A stretch of 59,348 nucleotides of DNA from Octopus bimaculoides (Eukaryota): assembly GCF_001194135.2 (NCBI RefSeq), contig NC_069006.1:11730174-11789521 (forward strand). Direction: 5' to 3'. Below are positions 9,915 to 21,339 of this stretch, piece by piece. Under the pieces are notes generated by a model. The model made no database searches. It had not been told where the DNA came from and worked only from the letters and a program-made list of their open reading frames with translations. Position 1 is the first letter of the stretch, and every line of letters starts with the position of its first letter. Made by a program: the position numbers and the translations under genes.

Positions 9915-10232
9915 TAATTATCATCGTCATCGTTTAATGTCCGCTTTCCATGGTAGCATGGGTTGGACGGTTTGACTGGTAATTGGTGAGCCAGATGGCT
10001 GCACCAGGCTCCAGTCTGATCTGGTAGTGTTTCTACAGCTGGATGCCCTTCCTAACACCAACCACTCCAAGAATATAGTGGGTGCTTTTACGTGCCACCG
10101 GCATGAGGTCCAGTCAGGTGGTACTGGCAACGGTCATGCTCAAATGTTGTTTTTACGTGTCACCTGCACAGGAGCCAGTCCAGCGGCACTGGCAATGCCC
10201 TCGCTTGAATGTTGTTTTCCACGTACCACCGG
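9915..10232 (-). mobile_element. RTE LINE 3' end
   Basis: CATCGTTTAATGTCCGCTTTCCATG... start and 3' UTR subrepeats as in other copies. Confidence 0.8.
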
Positions 10233-10789
10233 CACAATAATAATAATTATAATTCTAGGATGGAATTTATAAATATTTAATACATCCCAAGGATATGGAT
10301 TCTGATGTCAAAGTCATGTGATTTATGGAAATGCACATAGTGATGTATTAATATTATAGATTCCATCCTAGAATTATTGTTATTGTTGTATTTATCCTAC
10401 CATTATATTGGTGTAACCATGATGCAACCCCCCCACCCAAAACTGACTTACTAGTCAGTATCATTAGATGGTAGCTGGCATAATGAAATAGGAGCTTTAT
10501 TTGCATACCTTAATGTTATCATAAATGAGACATGCATGTATTAAAATGGTGAGCTGATACACATTGGACAAAATGCTTAATGGCATTTCTTCTATCTCTT
10601 TATGTTCTGAGTTCAAATTTTGTCAAGGTGAACTTTGCCTTTCATCCTTTTGAGATCAATAAAGTAAGTACCAGTTGATCACCATCTATTTCGTTCTGGC
10701 CCCTTCTTTCATAATTTAACCTTTCACATCCTAGCATAACACCGTCTTCCATTCCACTGTGGTCCCACTCATTTGAAGAGAATCTTAGT

Positions 10790-10980
10790 CTTGTGAGCTG
10801 CATAATGATCTCACGAGTGATGGTGCCATGAAAAAGGCACCTAATACACTCTGTGAAGGGGTTTGGCATTAAGAAGGGCATCCTACTGTAGAAGCCTTGC
10901 CAAAATAGACATTGTTGGGTCTTGTCAGACCGTCCGACCCATACCATCATGGAAGATGAACATTAAACAATGATGGTGAT
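10790..10980 (+). mobile_element. RTE LINE 3' end (diverged)
   Basis: GGCATTAAGAAGGGCATCC...CATTAAACAATGATGGTGATG. Confidence 0.65.
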
Positions 10981-11749
10981 GTCCTCTCTACTGTTTGTCG
11001 AAGGACTCTGGTATCTAACCAGTCCTTCACAGTAAATATTTGATGAGATGTGAAAGAAGGTAAAAAGAAATGTTCTTGGAAAGGAATTTCCAAGGCTTTA
11101 GGACAAATAATTTGGTGCCCAGAAATGTATTATTTTCTCGTTTAGATATTTTCCAAAAATATTGTAGGTTACGAGTTCAAGGCAGAGATGTTTGACAAGT
11201 TGGTTGTATTTACAGGGACATGATAAGGACAGCAGGCAAATAAACACCTGCTAAACCTGACTACATAACACCACGTTGACACCAATACTTTTTCATCCCC
11301 ACAAAAAAGAAATTTCCTATTTAAACTTTAAAACCTTCACTCGTTGCTGTAGTTTTATATTTAGTTCCAGTCAGTCAAGACATGACAATATTCAGCAAAT
11401 GTTTCAAATACACACCCAAACATGTTTTCATCTTTTTTTCTTTTTGTTTTCAAAATTTTTTTCGATTCTCATTTTTTCAGTAATAGGGTTTACAATTTCT
11501 CCCAAATGACAGAAAATTTTCTGCTTTTATATTTTTTACTTGTTTCAGTCATTAGGCTGCGGTCATACTGGAGCACTGACTTGAAGAATTTTTAGTCAAA
11601 TGAATCGACCGTAGTACTTTTTATTTTTAAAACCTAGTACTTATTCTTTCTTCTGAGCTGTCAAAGACAGATTTATTCTCAACTTAACTCTCTCCCTAAA
11701 CTGCTGGCCTTGTGCCAAAATTTGAAACCAATATTAAGTTACCGAAGGC

Positions 11750-11960
11750 AGCAAGATGGCAGAATCATTAGCATGCTGGACAAAAATGCTTAGCAGCATT
11801 TGACCATCTTTACATTCTGAGTTTAAGTTCCACCAAGGTCCACTCTACCTTTCATCCTTTCAGGGTTGATAAAAATATGTAACAGTTGAGCAATTGAGTA
11901 AACCCCTCCTTCCTCTAAAATTGCTGGCCTTGTACCAAGATTTGAAATCAATATTAAGTT
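11750..11960 (+). mobile_element. SINE family A copy
   Basis: GGCAGAATCATTAGCATG head and CCTTTCATCCTTTCAGGGTTGATAAA core. Confidence 0.7.
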
Positions 11961-12146
11961 ACCTAGAAATGAATAAAATAGATTCATTATTTTTCTCAAC
12001 AGAGAAGCCCTGCCTCTCAGTTGTAATTCACCTCTGATACAAAGAAATATTCCCATACCTCTGGTACAAAACTATTCTCTCATTGTCTTGTTTGACTGAG
12101 ACATTAGAGGGAGCACACACTGAAGAGTGGACATTTTGTATCTTAC

Positions 12147-12203
12147 CCCACAGCCATGTGCTGTGTGATATAGCAGACAATTCTTAAGGTAGTTACTTAT
12201 AAG
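12147..12203 (-). CDS. Candidate 57-nt exon (LISNYLKNCLLYHTAHGCG), gene unknown
   Basis: Acceptor TTTCACTGCCTTTACAG, donor GGG|GTAAGA; only the phase-0 frame is open. No homology recognised. Confidence 0.3.
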
Positions 12204-12675
12204 CTGTAAAGGCAGTGAAACTAATGGGTTTCTATTCCAATCTCATCCCAAACTCTAAATCTAATCCCTTCTTTCCTTGAACTGCTGTTCTCTGAAACTC
12301 ACTGTCATCCATCTTGGTTTCCTCTGGTCTGTGATACTCAGTCCTTTAGCTTTTTGTCAATCGACATCTTTTGAATTTGTAGGCCCCGTTTTTTACTTTC
12401 TTTGCAGTCCCTTGTGCTAAAGCGTTTTCAAACCTTGTTTGGGACAAAATCATATAGAAAAAGCCCCCACAAAAACCACTCATAAAAAAGGCCCTCTCAG
12501 GGAAACTAAACACGTATGGAGAGGACAGTGAATATTTAACTGTTGCTGTGTATGTAAAATATGGTGGTAAAGAGGAGAAAATATATCAGTAAAGATGACA
12601 GGGGACTGAAGATGGGGAGAGGAAAGAGACAAAGGTGTTGGGGGGGGGTCGAGTAAAGATGACAGAAACAGAAAG

Positions 12676-13035
12676 AAAAATGAGTCAGAAGACAGAAGAG
12701 GATGAGAGAGGGAGAGAGAGAGAGAGAGAGAGAGGGGGAGAGAGCGAGAGAGAGAGAGAGAGGGAGAGAGCGAGAGAGAGAGAGAGAGAGAAATGAGTCA
12801 GAAGACAGAAGAGGACGGAGGAAGAAATCAGTAGATGGGAGAGGATGAGAGAGAGAGAGAGAAAGAAAGAGAGAGAGAGAGGGAGAGAGAGAGAGGGGGA
12901 GAGAGAGGGAGAGAGAGAGAGAGAGAGAGAAATGAGTCAGAAGACAGAAGAGGACAGAGGAAGAAATCAGTAGATGGGAGAGGATGAGAGAGAGAGAGAG
13001 AAAGAAAGAGAGAGATAGAGAGGGAGAGAGAGAGA
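12676..13035. repeat. GA-rich tandem repeat, three units of about 115-140 bp
   Basis: AAATGAGTCAGAAGACAGAAGAGGA recurs near 12676, 12791 and 12929, separated by (GA)n. Confidence 0.85.
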
Positions 13036-13377
13036 TGAAGGTAAAGGATAAAAAGTATTCAACAAATATATAAAAGTAAAAGAATGTTTGAGAGAAACTT
13101 TTACAAATCTTTTATTCTTTTATTCGTTTCAGTCATAGTAATGTGGCCATGCTGGGGCACTCTGAAGAGTTGTACAATCGATCAAACCACCCCCACTACT
13201 AATTCTTTTCTTTTTTAAGTCTAGTACTTACTCTGTCAATATCTTTGCTGAACTGCTAAGTTACAGGGATATAAACAAACCAACACTAGTTATTAAGCAG
13301 TGTGGTTCAGGGTACAGACGCAAATATGCACATACATACAAATATGCATAGATATAAAGACAAATTACAGCATGGAA

Positions 13378-13531
13378 GACACATATTAGGCATTCAAAAA
13401 CACAAAACTTGTTGACTTCACTCAAATGTTTATTATTTGGTGTCAAAATTTTTGTTGCACCAAATGATAAATAATAAATATTTAAGTGAAGTCAACAGTT
13501 TTTGTGTGTGTTTTAAGGCCTAATACGAGTC
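13378..13531. repeat. Imperfect inverted repeat (arms 13378-13442 and 13458-13531) downstream of the TMED6-like stop
   Basis: TATTAGGC...TGTTGACTTCACT...TTTGGTG is mirrored by CACCAAA...AGTGAAGTCAACA...GCCTAATA; 15-nt spacer. Confidence 0.85.
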
Positions 13532-13685
13532 TGCCAATTATAATTGTTTTAGTTTTAATACACGGTCTCAAATGAAATCCTTTGCCAGGCAAGTACATTT
13601 CCAAAATAAATATAAGGCACCGAAATTTTATGAGATGAAATGAAGGAAGAAACAAAAATGTGAAAAATACTAAACAATAAATTTA

Positions 13686-13919
13686 TTAGGCTCTTGGTTT
13701 CATGGAAGGAGTGACATCTTTCGTTTTGAATAAACGTCGTACGAAGAAGATTTGAAGACATGATGTAGAAATAATGACAATGCATTGTAATATAGACCAA
13801 TACTGAACACGGCTGTTATTTTCTGAAACATTGTAAAAATCCACTAAAGAATGGGAACGACTTGTTATTATATCAGCTAAAGACTGTCGAATGTGACCAT
13901 GGACGTTCTCGAGATAAAC
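13686..13919 (-). CDS. TMED6: TMED6-like p24 protein, exon 4 (coiled coil, TM helix, cytosolic tail)
   Basis: Acceptor TTTTTCTAG; VYLENVHGHIRQSLADIITSRSHSLVDFYNVSENNSRVQYWSILQCIVIISTSCLQIFFVRRLFKTKDVTPSMKPRA*. Typical p24 WS...LQ..FVRRLF membrane anchor; KPRx end resembles vertebrate TMED6. Symbol is a best-resemblance call. Confidence 0.93.
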   Translation of the reverse strand, partial: VYLENVHGHIRQSLADIITSRSHSLVDFYNVSENNSRVQYWSILQCIVIISTSCLQIFFVRRLFKTKDVTPSMKPRA

Positions 13920-14765
13920 CTAGAAAAATACAAGAGAATCATTATATATAGCTAAACAACTGCAGCTGACTTTAACAGAATTTGTATTGAAAATTTTATA
14001 TGAGTGGGAAAATGCATTCTTATTACTGATAGAAAATATCTTTATTTGTTATTACATTTACACTGCATGGGGGATTGAACTATATTATATTTCTGGGGAT
14101 TGTTTAGAAGCAAGGGCATGGAACTGAATAATGTTGTAAGCTGTAATTATAAATATTATATTAAATAGTTACTCTATCTAAGGTACTGAGATTTTTCTTA
14201 CTTTGTTCATAGCTTTACTATGTATGTAATTACACTGACACACACACACTAACAAATACATCTGCCTGTATGACTCTCTCTCGAACTCTCATTATGTGTG
14301 TGTGTGGCTTGTGCACATTTCTATTCACCTTATTTTTCTCCACAAGTCTTCAGTCAAACCTAGGCTATGGTCAAAGAAACATACGCAAGGGAGTGCATAG
14401 TAGTATGAAGCCAGAAGCAAGATAGTTACACAGTGAACTTTTAACCCCACTGTCATGTACCCCTAATATATATAAATGTACATTTGTTGATGTAGAAAAG
14501 AAGAATTGTTTACTCCTTTTAATAACCGACTCATCTGATCTCTGTCCTCAGCTCTATGATACAAATTCCTTGTTTCAAATTAATATAAATTCAAAATCTT
14601 CCACCAGTATTCTATGTTAAGTTATGTATCAGCTTAAATATGGAAAGAAAAAAGGTTAAAATGATCTAAATTAAAATCTCCCATCAAAATTTCATATTAA
14701 CTTATGTTTCAAATTCCAGTTTAATAATGACAAAGTTATTTAACTAAATTCTTCATTATTTTCAA

Positions 14766-15480
14766 GCGAAGCAATGACTTGTGACCAAGACCTTTGGAAG
14801 TATGCTGTGCGTGAGAAGACCCGGCAAGACAAGTGAGACCATAACCCATGGCCTTTACCAGGGGTGTAGGCAACCCGCTTATGCATACCTTTCCTTCTTT
14901 GAACACCGAACCCTGCTTGCGAAGACCTGCTGAGGCAAGTGAAATTGAAATCGAAAATTGAACCAAATCCATTGACTGGCACACATGCCAACCTTCCTTC
15001 ATTGGATACTAAACTCAGCTTGCGAAGACCTGTTGGGGCAAGTGAGATCGAAACTGAACCAAATTTGATGACTGGCACCTGGGTCAGTGGAGCGCTGACA
15101 GCACCATCCGAGTGGGATCACTGCCAGAGCAGCGATCTTGCTTCCGTGCTGGTGGCATGTAAAAAGCACCATTTGAGCGCGATTGTTTCCAGCTTTGCCT
15201 TACTGGCACTTGTGCAGGTGGCACGTAAAAAAAACACCATTTGAGCGTGGCCGTTGCCAGTACCCCTTGACTGGCCCTCATGCCGGTAGCACATAAAAAG
15301 CACCCACTACACTCTCGGAGTGGTTGGTGTTAGGAAGCGCATCCAGCTGTAGAAACTCGGCCAAATCAGATTGGAGCCTGGTGTAACCACCTGGTTCACC
15401 AGTCCTCAGTCAAATTGTCCAACCCATGCTAGCATGGAAACCGGACGTTAAATGATGAGGATGATGATGATGATGATGAT
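14766..15480 (+). mobile_element. RTE LINE 3' end including last codons of the ORF (intron 3, antisense to host)
   Basis: ...DQDLWKYAVREKTRQDK* matches the RTE C-terminus at 19455-19691; full 3' UTR and (GAT)n tail. Confidence 0.85.
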
Positions 15481-15863
15481 TAATTGGAACAAAGTGTAAT
15501 TCAACAGAAATATGGTAACAAAATGGCTGGAAACTAAATAATTTTGATATTGTGTTGTTGTTGTTTAGCCCTTGGTCATCCTTTGATCAGGTAGATCAAG
15601 GTCAAAGATATCTCTGCTATGACTATCCATATTTTTTCTCACATATAGTATATGTTTACCCTGGATTATATTATCTAATGTGACCTTATCCTCTCTTTTT
15701 TTTAAAAAAAAAAAGATCAGAAGGTTAGGGTGTAATTTGAGGGAAATTTAGTCGTTATCTTTAGCAGATTAAGTGACCATGCAATGGTTCCTTTATTGAT
15801 TGAATAATGAAGAGAGTGGCGGGTGGGGTGGTGTTAGTGAAGGGACATTGTAGTTTGACTTAC

Positions 15864-16009
15864 CGAAATATTAGCCACAGCGACACCCACTTGCTCAATG
15901 TTTTCAAAATATGCTAATATTTCACCATGTATATAAGCAGAGAAGTAGAAATTCACGAGTTTGGACGAGAAATGACTGTAGCTGTTATCAAAACATATTG
16001 CATGTACTC
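15864..16009 (-). CDS. TMED6: TMED6-like p24 protein, exon 3 (GOLD domain second half)
   Basis: Acceptor TTTTTCCATTGTAG, donor TCG|GTAAGT; phase 1 in, phase 0 out; (G)VHAICFDNSYSHFSSKLVNFYFSAYIHGEILAYFENIEQVGVAVANIS contains the GOLD CFDN-x-x-S motif. Confidence 0.95.
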
Positions 16010-16057
16010 CTACAATGGAAAAATTAATTAATAATAAGAATAATAATAATAATAATA

Positions 16058-16272
16058 ATCTTTTCTGCTATAGGCACAGGGCCTGGAATTTGGTGGTAGG
16101 GGAGTAGTCAATTATATCGACTCCAGTGTGTAACTGGTACTTAATTTATTGATTCCGAAAGGATGAAAGGCAAATTTGATCTTGGTGGAATTTGAACCCA
16201 GAATGTAGCGGCAGACGAAATACCGCTAAGCATTTTGCCTGGCATACTAACGATTCTGCCAGCTCGCCACCT
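16058..16272 (-). mobile_element. SINE family A, full-length copy
   Basis: Head, core and tail all present; (AAT)n on both sides. Confidence 0.8.
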
Positions 16273-16277
16273 TAATG

Positions 16278-16319
<42 letters not shown>

Positions 16320-16380
16320 GTTTCCAATTTTGACATAAGGCCAGTAGGTTTAGGGGAGGAATTTAAATTGATTACAATGA

Positions 16381-16835
16381 TGTAGACATTATTTTTTGCA
16401 CATAATCAAAGTATGTGTTTTCTTTGTTCATTGGGTTTGCTGCGGGATGGCACCTGGGGATGACTCTCTTATAACACTGGGTGTTAAAACACCTGAAAAT
16501 CATAGACAGGTGAGACAACTCACTTTGGATCAAATTCAGGAGTGATGGATACTGATAGTTTACCATTTTTGTGGTTTAGATTTTTACACTGTTTATAGAT
16601 AGTCAGAGACTGGTGATTTGATTCATCTCCAACATGATGTTGATAAGCCACAAAAATCACAAAATATCAGTATCCATCACTTCTGAATTCAATCTGAGGT
16701 GAGTTGTCTTACCTATCTATGACTTTCAGATGTTTTAACACTCAGCGTTATAAAGGGAGTTGTTCCTAAGTGCTATACTGCAGTGAATCCACCGAACAAA
16801 GAAAACACATACTTTGAGTACGTACAATCAATAAT

Positions 16836-16842
<7 letters not shown>
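16381..16842. mobile_element. Fold-back/MITE-like element with ~195-bp inverted arms (intron 2)
   Basis: 16381-16577 is the imperfect reverse complement of 16645-16842 (e.g. CAAAGTATGTGTTTTCTTTGTTC / GAACAAAGAAAACACATACTTTG); right end abuts (TA)n. Confidence 0.85.
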
Positions 16843-16877
<35 letters not shown>

Positions 16878-17309
16878 TAGAAGAGGTGATGGAGGAATGG
16901 GGGATTGAGATGAATGGTGATGTGCTCTGCTTGAGAAGACCCATCCTTCTTACTGCAATTGAAGTACTGTTAAACCTTCCTCCACAACTCCTCTTCTAAT
17001 TCTCATTCTTCCATCAATCTACTCAGTTACCCTATTTCCTTTCTTCATCTTCCCTCCATTGAACTGATATTCTCTGTATCCAACTCATTCTCTATCTCTA
17101 ATCATCTCTCACACTTTTCTCACTCATCACGCTTGCCTACACATCTGCCTTTTCTGCTCTTCTGTGCTGTCCTGTCTCTTGTATTCACCTCATGCCCTAA
17201 CTTCATCCCTCTTTCTCTCTCTCTTTTCAGATAGGCAATACATGTATCCACCTCTTCAGCAAGGCACTTCTTCTTGTTCCTCTATCCTTGTTTTTTGTCC
17301 CTCAATTCT

Positions 17310-17545
17310 ATACTCACTCACTTGAGGGGTCTTGTCTTCAGGGTACATGGTGACCTTACATGCGCTGATGCCATGTCAAAAGTACCCAGTACGTTCTGTA
17401 AAGCGGTTAGTGTTAGGAAGGGCCTCCAGCTGGAGAAATTATACCAGAGCAGACACTAGAACTTGGCACAGCCATCTGGTTCATGTTGAACAATCTAACT
17501 CATGCCAGCATGGAAAAAAGGATGTTAAACAATGATGATGATATA
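17310..17545 (+). mobile_element. RTE LINE 3' end (diverged)
   Basis: GTTAGGAAGGGCCTCCAGCTG...CATGCCAGCATGGAAAAAAGGATGTTAAACAATGATG. Confidence 0.7.
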
Positions 17546-17701
17546 TCAATACATGTGTCTTTTAAATGACCACCATGACTCTATCATCATGTAATTGTTT
17601 CAGTCTTGACACATAATCTCGGATCAAGTCTTTTCCCAAGCAATTAAGACCACAACGAAAAAAAAAAGAAAAGGCTGAAAGAGTGAGATACAAGTTGATA
17701 C

Positions 17702-17819
17702 CTTCTTTTGAGTCTTCTTGGGAATACGTTCCTCTGCTTTGCCACAACTGGCTGTACGCAATATCACCTTGAGGTCTTCGAAAAAAGAAATCAATATTTT
17801 TATCACCACCTCTTAAAAT
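17702..17819 (-). CDS. TMED6: TMED6-like p24 protein, exon 2 (GOLD domain middle)
   Basis: Acceptor TTATTTTCCAG, donor AAG|GTATCA; phase 0 in, phase 1 out; ILRGGDKNIDFFFRRPQGDIAYSQLWQSRGTYSQEDSKE(G) shows the p24 GG...ID..+..P.G pattern. Confidence 0.95.
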
Positions 17820-18263
17820 CTGGAAAATAAAGTACAAGAGATTATATTTAGGGGGATTTTAACCTAATGTGTTATATTAGTTTCAAAATTTGACACAAGG
17901 CCAGAAATTTAGGGGGAGGGGTGAATTACAACTGAGGAGCCGGTTATCTCTGCTGAGTAAAACAATAAATCTTATTTTATTCACTACTGGTTAACTTAAA
18001 ATTGATTTCAAATTTTGGCACAAGGCCAGCAATTTAGGGTGTGGGTAGGTCAATTACATCAACCCAAGTGTCCAACTGGTACTTATTTTATCGACTTCAA
18101 AAGGATGAAAGGCAAAGTTGACCTCAGTGGAATTTGAGGTCAGAACATAAAGACGGATGAAATAGTGCTAAGCATTTTGTCCAGCGTGTTGAAGAATCTG
18201 CCAACTTGCTGCCTTGACCTAATGAGTTATATGAACAATTGGATGTTGAACATACTTTATATA

Positions 18264-18650
18264 CTCTTTTACTTGTTTCAGTCATTTGACTGCAGCCATG
18301 CTGGAGCACCACATTTAGTCGAGCAAATCGACCCCAGGACTTATTCTTTGTAAGCCTAGTACTTATTCTATCGCCGAACTGCTAAGTTATGTGGACATAA
18401 ACGCACCAGCATCAGTTGTCAAGCGATGTTGTGGGGACAAACACAGACACACAAACACACACACACACATATATATATATATACATATATACGACGGGCT
18501 TCTTTCAGTTTCCGTCTACCAAATCCACTCACAAGGCTTTGGTCAGCCCGAGGCTATAGTAGAAGACACTTGCCCAAGGTGCTACGTAGTGGGACTGAAC
18601 CCGGAACCATGTGGTTCATAAGCAAGCTACTTACCACACAGCCACTCCTG
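18264..18650 (-). mobile_element. SINE family B, well-preserved copy
   Basis: Head with GGTTCCGGGTTCAGTCCC, CORE-like CACCTTGGGCAAGTGTCTT, internal (TA)(TG)n, tail GACTGAAACAAGTAAAAGAG. Confidence 0.85.
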
Positions 18651-19047
18651 AAAAAAAAAAAACAACAAAACAAAACAACTTTCGGGGATTTTCAAACAAG
18701 GATTTCCAAGGGCCTCTTTACTGTTCACTGTTCATGTAATCTATTAAAATTTATTAAAATCTTTCATGCTACCTCAGCTTCTCGTCATCTTAATTCTTTA
18801 ATTTTTTAATTTTGTCATTTTTCCACATTTTCCATAATTTTCTTCTTCATTTTTCAATTCTGTCATCTTTCATTGTTAGCTTTTTGTTTCCCCATCACTA
18901 ATTGCTAACTTTTCAATTATCACTTCCTTCTACCTGTTCAATCCTCCTGTCCCTCATTCCTCCTGACTTAGCTTTACTTCTCTTAGCATAGCACCTTCTC
19001 TCACCATCACTAACAGCGTTACCCTGTTATCTCTCTGTACTAGACTT

Positions 19048-19715
19048 CATCATCATCATCATCATCATCATCGTTTAACGTCCGCTTTCCATGCTAGCAT
19101 GGGTTGGACGATTTGACTGAGGACTGGTGAAACCGGATGGCAACACCAGGCTCCAGTCTAATTTGGCAGAGTTTCTACAGCTGGATGCCCTTCCTAACGC
19201 CAACCACTCAGAGAGTGTAGTGGGTGCTTTTACGTGTCACCCTCACGAAAACGGCCACGCTCGAAATGGTGTCTTTTATGTGCNNNNNNNNNNNNNNNNN
19301 NNNNNNNNNNNNNNNNNNNNNNNNNNNNNNNNNNNNNNNNNNNNNNNNNNNNNNNNNNNNNNNNNNNNNNNNNNNNNNNNNNNNNNNNNNNNNNNNNNNN
19401 NNNNNNNNNNNNNNNNNNNNNNNNNNAACCAGTCCAGGGGCACTGGCAACGATCTTACTTGGCTTGCCGGGTCTTCTCACGCACAGCACATTTCCAAAGG
19501 TCTCGGTCAGTAGTCATCACCTCGGTGAGGCTCAATGTACGAAGGTCTTGCCTCACCACTTCAGCCCAGGTCTTCCTGGGCCTACCTGTTCCACGGGTTC
19601 CCTCAACTGTTAGGGTGTGGCACTTTTTCACGCAGCTATCCTCATCCATTCTCACCACATGTCCATACCAGCACAATCGTCTCTCTTGCACACCACAACT
19701 GATGCTTCTAATGTT
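19048..19715 (-). mobile_element. RTE LINE 3' end with C-terminal ORF remnant (gap inside)
   Basis: ORF 19455-19691 QERRLCWYGHVVRM...GRPRKTWAEVVRQD...DRDLWK is the typical RTE-clade C-terminus; ends in (GAT)n. Confidence 0.9.
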
Positions 19716-19760
19716 CAGCTTTTTTATATATTGAAAACAACTCAGAACGTCAATCTAATG

Positions 19761-19940
19761 GGAAGTTGAATCCAGTTTAGTATATTAAATGGAGGGTTGA
19801 ACCAAGTGTGGAGTATTAGATGGGGCGTTAAACCTAGTATAATATATTAACTAGGGAATTGAACCTCATGTATATTAAGGAATTGAATTTAGTCTGTATA
19901 TTAAATGGGGATTTAAACCCAGTGTGGTATATAAAAAGGG
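19761..19940. repeat. Degenerate minisatellite, about 30-bp unit, about 6 copies
   Basis: GG(A/G)..TTGAACC.AGT...TATATTAAATG recurring. Confidence 0.7.
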
Positions 19941-20175
19941 AGTGGTTGGAGTTGATAGAAAAATGATGTTGGTGTTGGTGATGATAATGATGTCAATGAC
20001 GATAATAATAATGTCAGGTTTTTGCACAGGACCAACAATTTTTGAGGAGAGAGGGTTAGTTAATTACGTTGACCCCAGAGCTCAGCTGGTAATACTGGGT
20101 TGATGGTGTTGATTTACCTCTCCCCTCAAAATTGCTGGCCTTGTACCTAAATCAGAAACAACAACAACAATAATA

Positions 20176-20882
20176 ATTCTTTCTAGTACAGGAACAAGGC
20201 CTGAAATTTTGTGGGGAGGGGACTAGTCAATTATATCAACCCTAGTGTTTTACTGGTACTTAATTTATCGACCCTGAAAAGATGAAAGGTAAAGTTGACC
20301 TTGGCGGAATTTGAACTCAGAATGTAAAGATGGACAAAATACTGCTTAGCATTTTTCCCAGTATGCCAACAATTCTGCCAGTTTGCCACCTTCATAATAA
20401 TAATAATAATAATAATAATGATCTTTTCTACTAAAGGCATGAGGGCTGAAAATGTGGGGTGGGGGCTAGTCGATTATATTGACCTCCAGTATATAACTGG
20501 TACTTATTTCATTGACCCCTGAAAGGATGAAAGGCAAAGTCAACCTTGGTGGCATTTGACCTCAGAACGTGAAGACAGACAAAACACCGCTAAGCATTTC
20601 ACCTGGCGTGCAAACGATTTTGTTAGCTCACCGCCTTAACAACAACAACAACAACAATAATAATGTTTCTAATTTCTGCACAAGGCCAGCAATTTCGAGA
20701 GAGGGGACAAGTTGATTACATTGACCATAGTAATCAACTGGCACTTATTTTATCGACCCCAAAAGGATGAAAGACAAAATCGACTTTGATGGAATTTGAA
20801 CTCAGGATGTAAAAAACCCCAGAAGAAATGTCGCAAAGCATTTTGTCCAGTGTGCTAACAATTCTGCCAGCTTCCTGCCTTA
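20176..20882 (-). mobile_element. Three head-to-tail SINE family A copies
   Basis: Full copies near 20176, 20422 and 20665, separated only by (AAT)n/(AAC)n. Confidence 0.85.
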
Positions 20883-21339
20883 GTAGTAAGAAGAAGAACA
20901 AGAACAAGAACAAGATGGAGGATATGCTGAAGGTGTGTTCAGAGTTCAACGATTTTCACATTCTCCAATATAGGATGGGGGAAAAAATAGGTCTGTAGGT
21001 TATGTTATGTTTGGCTGGCAACATACGAATCATGTGACTGTCGGTTCAGGGCTGACCTGGGGTCTATGTAATAACCACAACAACAACAACTGTGTGTAAT
21101 TGGTCTTTCAGAGCTGGCCTGGTATCTACACAACAAAAACAATAGTGTCACACCACCATTAACACTATCACCGATTGCAACAACAAGGAAGTTTCTGTGT
21201 GTTCTAGAAACAGCAGCTATTTTCCCTTATATCTCACTCTATTGTCTTTAAAAAGACAAGATGTTCATGGCCGGAATGTCTTTAATCATAATTCTGTTGG
21301 ATCAGGGCTGACCAGGGGCCAAAAGAACAACTGCAAAAG

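Noticed and set aside
14520-15525. RTE possibly nested in an older AT-rich MITE (14520-14765 continuing at 15481-15525)
   Set aside because: Suggested by recollection of a similar repeat, but no second copy in the window confirms the continuity.
1490-19940. CRISPR-like arrays
   Set aside because: The periodic tracts have degenerate units without constant repeats and unique spacers; the DNA is eukaryotic with no cas genes.
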